From: Nitrospinota bacterium | GTDB lineage: Bacteria; Nitrospinota; Nitrospinia; Nitrospinales; VA-1 | NCBI GenBank assembly: GCA_038108555.1 | Contig: JAYNIA010000002.1 | Location: 45,000 to 108,999 of the forward strand | Direction of reading: 5' to 3' | DNA length: 64,000 nt | Shown: positions 57,159 to 64,000 of the stretch, piece by piece | Position numbering within the stretch: position 1 is the first letter of the stretch | Layout of the letters: every line of letters starts with the position of its first letter | The notes under the pieces: generated by a model | The model's input: the letters and a program-made list of their open reading frames with translations, nothing else | Database searches by the model: none | Told to the model about the DNA's origin: nothing | Position numbers and translations under genes: made by a program

Positions 57159-57629
57159 ATGAAAGCTCAGGACCAGGGTATAAAAATCGTCTGCCAGAAT
57201 AAAAAGGCCCGGCATAACTACAACATCGAAGACACGTTTGAGGCCGGTCTGGTTTTGCGGGGCACTGAAGTCAAGTCCTTGAGAAACGGGAAAGCAAATC
57301 TGGTGGACAGCTATGCCACCATTGAAGGCGAAGAAGCCTGGTTGAACAATTTCCACATCGACCCTTATACCCCCGCAACTCAGTTCAATCACCATCCCAT
57401 GCGAAAACGCAAATTGTTATTGCACAAAAAGGAAATCAACAAACTCATTGGCAAAACCCAGGAAAAGGGATGCACCCTGGTTCCTTTAAAAATTTATTTC
57501 AAAAATGGAAAAGCCAAGGTGGATATGGGTATCGCCAAAGCTAAAAAACTTTACGACAAGCGTGCAGCTCTTAAAAAACAGGAATCTGACCGCGAGATCG
57601 ATCGCGCCATAAAATCCAGAAACCAGTAA
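57159..57629 (+). CDS. smpB: SsrA-binding protein
   Basis: NKKARHNYNIEDTFEAGLVLRGTEVKSLR...RKRKLLLHKKEI. Confidence 0.95.
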   Translation: MKAQDQGIKIVCQNKKARHNYNIEDTFEAGLVLRGTEVKSLRNGKANLVDSYATIEGEEAWLNNFHIDPYTPATQFNHHPMRKRKLLLHKKEINKLIGKTQEKGCTLVPLKIYFKNGKAKVDMGIAKAKKLYDKRAALKKQESDREIDRAIKSRNQ

Positions 57630-57659
57630 TCCAAATTTTTAATCAAGTGAGAAGATAAG

Positions 57660-58649
57660 ATGGAAATAGATAAGCTGATCAGCAAAATATTGCAAGGCTA
57701 TCAACCTGCCTGTGTGGTAATCACCGCAAACGAGCTAAAAATCTTTGATGAGCTGTTAAAACCCGTGGAAGCAAGTCAGGTCGCAAAAAATAAAAATCTG
57801 GACCCGGAAGCCTGCGAACGTCTGCTGAACGCCCTCACCTCTTTGGAGATAATCACAAAAGACAAAAACAAATATCATTTGCCGGTAGCTTCGCAAGAAT
57901 ACCTTGTTACAGGAAGCAGCCATTCAATGCAGCAGTGGATACAACTTTCCGCCGATCTCTATCCCGTTTGGGGACAGTTGGCCACCTTTATCAAATCCGG
58001 AATCCTCATTAAAAGCATCATGGAAATGCTGGGGGGCGATCCGCATAAAATGCGCGCGTTTACCGATGCCATGCACGACAAAGCCCTGAAAGCCACGTGG
58101 ATGATTGCCCGGGAAATTCCGATCAGTGATGCAAAACACATGCTCGATGTGGGAGGGGGACCCGGAACCTACGCACTGGAATGGTGCAAGCTGCACACCC
58201 ATTTGAAAGCCACAGTGTTCGATATTCCTCCAGTACTTGAAGTCGCCAAAAATTATATCGAGAGGTATGAGCTGGAAGACCGTGTAGACACCAAACCCGG
58301 GGACTTCCATAAAGATGACCTGGGAGATTCCCAATACGATCTGCTTTTAATGGCAAATATCCTCCATATGTATGATGCCGATATGGGAAATGCGCTGGTT
58401 AGCAAAGCCGTAAAGGCTTTGCAGCCGGGAGGAAGAATTGTATTACATGGCTTCTGCACCGATGAAGATCAGACCGGTCCTTTGGACGATACCCTGTTCA
58501 GCCTCAACATCGGAATGCTGACGGAAGGGGGACGGGCGCATCCGGTAAATGAAAAAATCAACTGGCTTAAGGGAGCCGGGATTTCCGATATTCGCTATTT
58601 CCGAGTAGATGCCATGCCAACCGGGGTCATAACCGGCGTAAAAAAATAA
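57660..58649 (+). CDS. Class I SAM-dependent O-methyltransferase (Methyltransf_2-like with N-terminal dimerisation/wHTH domain)
   Basis: LDVGGGPGTYA, FDIPPV, GDFHKD, LMANILHMYD, GGRIVLHGF. Confidence 0.8.
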   Translation: MEIDKLISKILQGYQPACVVITANELKIFDELLKPVEASQVAKNKNLDPEACERLLNALTSLEIITKDKNKYHLPVASQEYLVTGSSHSMQQWIQLSADLYPVWGQLATFIKSGILIKSIMEMLGGDPHKMRAFTDAMHDKALKATWMIAREIPISDAKHMLDVGGGPGTYALEWCKLHTHLKATVFDIPPVLEVAKNYIERYELEDRVDTKPGDFHKDDLGDSQYDLLLMANILHMYDADMGNALVSKAVKALQPGGRIVLHGFCTDEDQTGPLDDTLFSLNIGMLTEGGRAHPVNEKINWLKGAGISDIRYFRVDAMPTGVITGVKK

Positions 58650-58658
58650 GATACATTC

Positions 58659-59404
58659 ATGTTCTGGAAATTATTATCCCAAGCAGCAAGAAGCATTTTT
58701 GAAAATCGGATTATTCTTGCAAAGGCTCTAACAATTCCATTTTTGATTTTTTGCATACTCTATTTGATAGTTTTTTTTCTTTCAGATACCTTCTTTTCAC
58801 ATCTTATTGAATGGTTGATTTATGGATTGTATGCCATTTTTGCTATCCCAACTCATCGAGTAGTATTATTAGGCCCAAATTCAGTTCCTGAATGGGGACA
58901 ATTAAAATGGACCAAAAGAGAAAAACCGTCTTTGCTTTACATTTATTGGCTTTATATGCAATCACAATGGTTGTAGCAGGATTTCTGGGGTTGACTGCTT
59001 TGGCTCTTTCTATAGAAACATCAAAATTCCTGAAATTATTTTTCTTGGTTGTGCTGTTATTAACAACCATCTATCTTTTTGTAAGATTGTCATTGGTGTT
59101 CCCTTCCATAGCAATTGATCAGGGAACTGGTTTTAAAGGGGCCTGGGAATTATCAAAGGGTTATGAAGGATTAATATTCCTGATTGTTGCCCTTTTCCCA
59201 ACACTAATGTTTTTGCCTGTCGGACTATGTCTATTAATTTTTATTGGTATGCTAGGTTCTCTACCTGATCAAGCTTTTGTAGATTTATTGTCTGAATTGC
59301 TATACCTTCCTTTAACTGTTTTTGTCATCGCGGCATTATCTGTTACTTACAGGTACATTATGGATGAAAGAGAAAAATCTCCTAAAACTCAGAGCGTTGC
59401 GTAA
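58659..59404 (+). pseudogene. Polytopic membrane-protein gene interrupted by a 1-nt frameshift in an A5 run
   Basis: ORFs 58659-58976 and 58892-59404 are in different frames. The second has no SD. Adding one A to the run at 58921-58925 joins them as ...QLKWTKREKTVFALHLLALYAITM... with continuous TM topology. Confidence 0.6.
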
Positions 59405-59454
59405 AAAGTAAATTGAGCGCTTAAAAAAGTAAAGAAGAAAGGCAAATTGCTTGT

Positions 59455-59529
59455 CTGGATCGCCACACTCCCTCTGGATCGCCACACTCCCTCTGGATCG
59501 CCACACTCCCTCTGGTCGTTCGCGATGAC
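59455..59529. repeat. Dispersed short repeat, copy 2: three perfect 19-nt tandem units plus a conserved tail
   Basis: CTGGATCGCCACACTCCCT at 59455-59473, 59474-59492 and 59493-59511, then CTGGTCGTTCGCGATGAC (59512-59529). Confidence 0.9.
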
Positions 59530-59594
59530 GTGCGGAAGATTGGAGCAGTAAATTCTCTAATTTCAAAACTATCATATTACCGCTTCCCGTTACC

Positions 59595-60500
59595 TCAAGG
59601 CGTAGCCTTGTAAACAACCAAAACCACACCGGTGACGGCTATCGCCCCGCCCCAGTAGCCCATCATGCCCACCGGATCGGGTTGCAGATTGGCAAATCCC
59701 ATAGCAGGTAAAACTTTCATTCCCATCAATGTTATCAGGGGATTGAGGGAAATAATCACGCTGATCAGGGCAAGAGGAATATACTTCACTGCTTCCGCTA
59801 CCGCTCCATAAGCCAGAAGCGTATTAATTCCACAAAAAACCAATGCCAGCCATACATTGAATCCTGCCGATGTAAATTCATTCCATTCCACAACAAAAAG
59901 TAGAGCCACCGTCGCAATGGAGTAGACCAAAAAGTTTAAAGACTGGGCCCCATAATTTCGGCTGAGAAATTTTTGCGATATCATATATCCCACCCACACG
60001 ATTGCCGCCATGATGATGAGGAAATCGGCAAAGTAATATTCACTCTCCATAACGACACGGCTTTGCTGGTCCACGAAAAACAGGGTCAATCCCCCGGCGG
60101 CAACAAACATCCCAAAGACCTGTCTTGTAGATAACCGTTCTTTAAAAACAACGACCCCCGCCAGAACCAGAAAAACAGTGGCAGTCTGAATCAACACTGC
60201 CATATTAGAGGGACCACTGATATCCACACCCAGAGTGGCCCAATAATAATTGATCGTTAAACAAAGACCGCCAAACACACCCATCCAGGGAGGTTTGATT
60301 AATATTTCGACAGGCTTGCTACCCTTGATAGACAGAAAAATTCCAAGGATTAAGAAAGCCAAAGAGAATCGAAACCAGGCAATCGTTCCGGTGGAAAAAC
60401 CCTGAAGCGAAATTTTTAACAGGATCGGCAAGATTCCCCACAACAAAGCGGTGGTTAAAGACAAAAAGATCCCTCGCCAAAAATGATGTTCCTGGTTCAT
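59595..60500 (-). CDS. DMT-superfamily (EamA) transporter
   Basis: 301 aa, about ten TM helices, two EamA-like halves. Confidence 0.85.
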   Translation of the reverse strand: MNQEHHFWRGIFLSLTTALLWGILPILLKISLQGFSTGTIAWFRFSLAFLILGIFLSIKGSKPVEILIKPPWMGVFGGLCLTINYYWATLGVDISGPSNMAVLIQTATVFLVLAGVVVFKERLSTRQVFGMFVAAGGLTLFFVDQQSRVVMESEYYFADFLIIMAAIVWVGYMISQKFLSRNYGAQSLNFLVYSIATVALLFVVEWNEFTSAGFNVWLALVFCGINTLLAYGAVAEAVKYIPLALISVIISLNPLITLMGMKVLPAMGFANLQPDPVGMMGYWGGAIAVTGVVLVVYKATP

Positions 60501-60542
60501 GCGAGTTTGGGTCCTTTGGTTAAAAACCGAGGAATAGCAGGA

Positions 60543-61175
60543 CTAGGAAGAAAGTCTGGAAAAATTTTTGAGAACGGTAAGCCCCAACTTTTGGCTTTTT
60601 TCCGGATGGAACTGGAAAGCATGAATATTTTCATGATGGATTCCCGATACAAAATCAATTCCATAATTCGTTGTGGTGGCAACCGCCGATTTATCTTCTG
60701 GAACAACATAATAGGAATGGACAAAATAAAAATAGGAGCCGTTGGGAACAGAATCAAATAAAGGATGCGAAGGTTTTACTTCCACATTATTCCATCCCAT
60801 ATGGGGAATTTTGAGAGGATCACCGGAATCGGATTGTGGCTGGGCATCTTTAAATCCGACCACTTTCCCTTTCAAGATATCGAGTCCGGATACCGAACCA
60901 AACTCCTCAGCCTGACTGAAAAGAAGTTGCAGTCCCAGACAGATTCCCAAAAAAGGTTTTCCGCTTTGAATCGATTTCTTTACGGTTTCAATGAGTTCAA
61001 ACTGTTCCAGATTGTCCATGCAGGCCTTGAAGGCTCCCACCCCCGGGAGGACAACGGATTTTGCGGAAAGTATTTTCTGGGAATCACTGGTGACAATGGC
61101 ATCGGCACCCACGGCTTCAAAACCCTTTTGCACGGAACGAAGATTTCCCATTCCGTAATCGATAATTGCGATCAA
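60543..61175 (-). CDS. hisH: Imidazole glycerol phosphate synthase, glutaminase subunit
   Basis: IAIIDYGMGNLRSV, GICLGLQLL (catalytic Cys), FQFHPEKS. Confidence 0.95.
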   Translation of the reverse strand: MIAIIDYGMGNLRSVQKGFEAVGADAIVTSDSQKILSAKSVVLPGVGAFKACMDNLEQFELIETVKKSIQSGKPFLGICLGLQLLFSQAEEFGSVSGLDILKGKVVGFKDAQPQSDSGDPLKIPHMGWNNVEVKPSHPLFDSVPNGSYFYFVHSYYVVPEDKSAVATTTNYGIDFVSGIHHENIHAFQFHPEKSQKLGLTVLKNFSRLSS

Positions 61176-61763
61176 CTATAGGGTTCCTTTTGTGGAAGGA
61201 ATATCACTGGTGCGTGAATCGATTGTACAAGCAGCGTCCAGTGCCCGGGCAAACGATTTGAACAGGGCTTCGGTAATATGGTGCAGGTTGTTCCAGTAAG
61301 GAGAGTTTAAATGCAACGTTGTTCCGCTATTGGCGGAAAAGGCCTGAAAAAATTCCGGAACCAGTTCAACATCGAAATCTCCCAGCTTGGCTTTGGGCAA
61401 TTCGACATTGAAGACAAAATAAGCCCGACCACTGATATCAACAACGCATTGTGCCAGAGCTTCGTTAAGGGGAACATTCGCTTCTGCAAATCGGCGGATT
61501 CCTTTTTTCTCCCCCAGTGCTTCCTTAAATGCTTGTCCCACAGCAATCCCTACATCTTCAACCGTATGGTGAAAATCTATTTCGGTATCTCCTTGAGCTT
61601 TAACGGTTAAATCAAAATAGCCGTGCTTGGCCAATTGCGAAAGCATGTGGTCGAGGAAAGGTACGGGGGTTTTGATATCCTGAACCCCGGAACCATCCAA
61701 ATTCAGGCTGACTTCAATTTGAGTTTCGCTGGTGGAGCGTTTTACGTGGGAGGTTCTAGCCAT
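61176..61763 (-). CDS. hisB: Imidazoleglycerol-phosphate dehydratase
   Basis: RSTSETQIEVSLNLDG, FLDHML, HHTVED, HHITEA. Confidence 0.95.
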   Translation of the reverse strand: MARTSHVKRSTSETQIEVSLNLDGSGVQDIKTPVPFLDHMLSQLAKHGYFDLTVKAQGDTEIDFHHTVEDVGIAVGQAFKEALGEKKGIRRFAEANVPLNEALAQCVVDISGRAYFVFNVELPKAKLGDFDVELVPEFFQAFSANSGTTLHLNSPYWNNLHHITEALFKSFARALDAACTIDSRTSDIPSTKGTL

Positions 61764-63762
61764 TCAATGTTTGTTTGACAGTGAGATCACTCTTTTTGCT
61801 ATGGCCATTGCTGCCATTGCCAACAATCGCTTTTTTGCCGTTGCCAGAAATCCATTTTTTTCCATTTCCGGATGCGGCCATTTCAGCAACAGATCCGTAA
61901 AAAGTCATAATGGTCTCAAACATGCCTTCTGGATCCAGCTTCAGATCTTTTCTTTGTTTTCCAGGAGCGCCATGCTCCAAAACTATGTCCTCAAGGCCGA
62001 TGCATTTGACCGGTACGGTGCAGACCTGTTCTTCCTGAAGGGCTTCAAGCACCGCTGAGCCAAACCCACCTTTCAGGGAATGTTCTTCCGTGGTAATGAG
62101 ACAGCGCGTACTTTTTGCGTATTTTACAATCAGGTCTTTATCTACAGGTTTGGCAAAGCGCGCATTGATGACCGCAACACTGACACCTTCCTTTTCAAAC
62201 ATATCGGAAACGGTTCTGGCCCAATCAACAGTGTGCCCGTAAGCAAAGATGGCAATATCGGATCCGTCTTTGATCACTTCTCCCTTACCAATTTCAAGTT
62301 CTTTCATTTCCTCATCAAGAGGCACTCCCAATCCGGAGCCTCTGGGATAACGAAGGGCAGCAGGACCTTTGTGGTACATTGCAGTTTTCAACATGTGACG
62401 CAGTTCATTTTCGTCCTTGGGAGCCATGACCACCATATTGGGCAGGGTCCGCAAGAAGGCAATATCGTAAAGCCCCTGATGGGTTGCACCATCCTCCCCA
62501 ACAATACCGGCGCGATCCAATGCAAAGGTAACATCCAGATTCATCAGGCAGATATCATGCACCACCTGATCGTACGCCCGCTGAAGGAATGTTGAGTAAA
62601 TGGCTGCTACCGGTCGAAACCCTTCAATAGCCAAGGCACCGGCAAAGGCAACCCCATGCTGCTCTGCCATACCTACATCAAAAGTACGTGCTGGGAACAC
62701 TTTGCCAAACTTGCTCATACCCGTGCCATCCGGCATCGCAGCTGTGATACCTACTACCTTTTCATCTTCCTTTGCTAATTCAATCAGAGCCTCGGCAAAA
62801 ACACTGGTGTAGGCTGGGTTCGCTTTTTTCTTGTGGAACTCACCGGTCGATACATTGAAAGGTTTTGCACCATGCCATACATCTGCTTTTTCTTCAGCCT
62901 GTTCGTAGCCCTTCCCTTTACGTGTCACCACATGCATAAGAGTTGGCCCCTTCAAGTCTTTTACTGTGGAAAAGGTATCGATAAGAGCTTCTACATCATG
63001 ACCGTCAACCGGTCCGACATAGCGAAAGCCGAGATCTTCAAACAACCGACCGGGAATGAACACTCCCTTTATAGCCTCATCTATTTTGTGAGCGTATCGT
63101 GAAATTTCTTTTCCAATTCCCGGAACGGCCAGGAGAAGCTGGTCTATTTCCTGTTTGATTTTTAACATGACCTGACCGGTCATGATTTTGCTCAAGTGCG
63201 CAGACATGCCTCCCACGTTTGCGGAGATAGACATCTCATTATCATTCAGCACAACAATCATATCGCTTTGAATATGTCCTGTATGGTTTAGACCTTCAAA
63301 AGCCATTCCGGCTGTCAGAGAGCCATCGCCAATTACGGCAACGACATCATTTTTATCCCCTTTGAGGTCACGTGCCTTGGCAAAAGCCAACGCAGCAGAG
63401 ATGGAGGTTCCTCCATGCCCACAATTCCAGTGGTCGTGCTCGCTTTCTTCCCGTTTGGTGAAACCGCAAAGCCCGTCATACTGCCGGAGGGTATCGAAAT
63501 TTTCCCGTCTACCTGTAAGGAGTTTATGGACATAGGACTGATGCCCTACATCCCAAACAAACTTATCTTTTGGGCTATCGAAAACGTAATGCATAGCCAT
63601 GGTCAGCTCTACCACCCCCAAATTTGAGGAAAGGTGGCCGCCTGTTTTGGAAATAGTATCCAAAAGCTTGTCACGAATTTCCTTGGCTAGTTCCGGTAGT
63701 TGTTCTAGGGGTATATTTTTTAAATCCTGGGGACTATCAATTTTATCTAGTAACTTGGTCAT
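61756..63762 (-). CDS. dxs: 1-deoxy-D-xylulose-5-phosphate synthase with unusual C-terminal extension
   Basis: GGHLSSNLGVVELT, GHQSY, GDGSLTAGMAFEGLN, DNEMSI, transketolase C-domain. ATG at 63762 (MTKLLDKI) is preferred over TTG at 63777. The tail overlaps the hisB start by 8 nt. Confidence 0.95.
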   Translation of the reverse strand: MTKLLDKIDSPQDLKNIPLEQLPELAKEIRDKLLDTISKTGGHLSSNLGVVELTMAMHYVFDSPKDKFVWDVGHQSYVHKLLTGRRENFDTLRQYDGLCGFTKREESEHDHWNCGHGGTSISAALAFAKARDLKGDKNDVVAVIGDGSLTAGMAFEGLNHTGHIQSDMIVVLNDNEMSISANVGGMSAHLSKIMTGQVMLKIKQEIDQLLLAVPGIGKEISRYAHKIDEAIKGVFIPGRLFEDLGFRYVGPVDGHDVEALIDTFSTVKDLKGPTLMHVVTRKGKGYEQAEEKADVWHGAKPFNVSTGEFHKKKANPAYTSVFAEALIELAKEDEKVVGITAAMPDGTGMSKFGKVFPARTFDVGMAEQHGVAFAGALAIEGFRPVAAIYSTFLQRAYDQVVHDICLMNLDVTFALDRAGIVGEDGATHQGLYDIAFLRTLPNMVVMAPKDENELRHMLKTAMYHKGPAALRYPRGSGLGVPLDEEMKELEIGKGEVIKDGSDIAIFAYGHTVDWARTVSDMFEKEGVSVAVINARFAKPVDKDLIVKYAKSTRCLITTEEHSLKGGFGSAVLEALQEEQVCTVPVKCIGLEDIVLEHGAPGKQRKDLKLDPEGMFETIMTFYGSVAEMAASGNGKKWISGNGKKAIVGNGSNGHSKKSDLTVKQTLNG

Positions 63763-63773
63763 GTGGGTCCCGG

Positions 63774-64000
63774 TCAAAATGTTCGTTGGACAAAAAACCG
63801 CGCTATCTCTCTCAGGGGATTGGCCCGGTCATCAAACTCTTTTAAACAGTCAATACTTTCCTCTACTAATTCTTCGGCTTTTTGCTTTGACTCTTCCAAG
63901 CCAAACAAAGCCGGGTAAGTGGCTTTATCTTTTGTAAGATCACTGCCCACATCCTTACCCAGTTTTTCTTGATCCCCGGTTATATCAAGAATGTCATCGA
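63774..64000 (-). CDS. ispA: Polyprenyl (farnesyl) diphosphate synthase, C-terminal part only; the start lies beyond position 64000
   Basis: My translation of the minus strand gives DDILDITGDQEKLGKDVGSDLTKDKATYPALFG...REIARFFVQRTF-stop (second DDxxD motif and GK..G.D...K.TYP). Not in the ORF track because it runs off the window. Stop is TGA at 63776-63774. Confidence 0.85.
   Translation of the reverse strand, partial: DDILDITGDQEKLGKDVGSDLTKDKATYPALFGLEESKQKAEELVEESIDCLKEFDDRANPLREIARFFVQRTF

Noticed and set aside
57152-57660. tmRNA (ssrA) next to smpB
   Set aside because: The flanking intergenic regions are only 7 and 30 nt. No tRNA-like acceptor/T-arm sequence (GGTTCGAATCC-type) occurs in any intergenic region of the window.
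59455-59511. Possible CRISPR array
   Set aside because: The three 19-nt units are directly adjacent with no spacers, there are no cas genes in the window, and the unit is too short. This is a tandem repeat, not a CRISPR.
59336-59629. 97-aa minus-strand ORF spanning the 19-nt tandem repeat
   Set aside because: Its reading frame is created by the repeat units (periodic ...RECGDP... type peptide) and it overlaps the end of eamA. Typical repeat-derived pseudo-ORF.

Overview
Gene-dense 64-kb chromosomal window from a diderm (Gram-negative-type) bacterium. It looks AT-leaning by eye, and I cannot assign a taxon from sequence alone. About 61 protein genes; I found no rRNA, tRNA, CRISPR array, transposase or integrase. 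Most of it is core housekeeping: mreB-mreC-mreD-mrdA, uvrB, gatB, glmS, ispA-dxs-hisB-hisH, era-map, smpB, hemW-mazG and mtaB. Five parts are not ordinary. (1) A two-partner-secretion locus at the left edge. Its TpsA exoprotein gene (1-4375, minus strand, about 1458 codons in the window) is missing from the supplied ORF track because it runs off the window; the plus-strand ORFs listed there are antisense shadows. (2) An iron block of roughly 10 kb (8.3-18.2 kb): TonB-dependent receptor, a DxNxDGK-repeat protein, tonB-exbD-exbD-exbB, an EAL / receiver / DUF2325 / 2Fe-2S-ferredoxin cluster, fur and bfr. It carries at least eight copies of a Fur-box-like palindrome (TTGAnAACGATTTTCAA type), several of them directly abutting or overlapping a predicted -10 of a TTGACA-type promoter. 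(3) A glmS operon with GlmU apparently split into a stand-alone uridyltransferase and an archaeal-type protein whose nucleotidyltransferase motif looks degenerate. (4) A short dispersed repeat, present once as three perfect 19-nt tandem units, found in two convergent intergenic regions. (5) A membrane-protein gene interrupted by a 1-nt frameshift in an A5 run. All calls come from reading translations and motifs by eye; no database searches were run.
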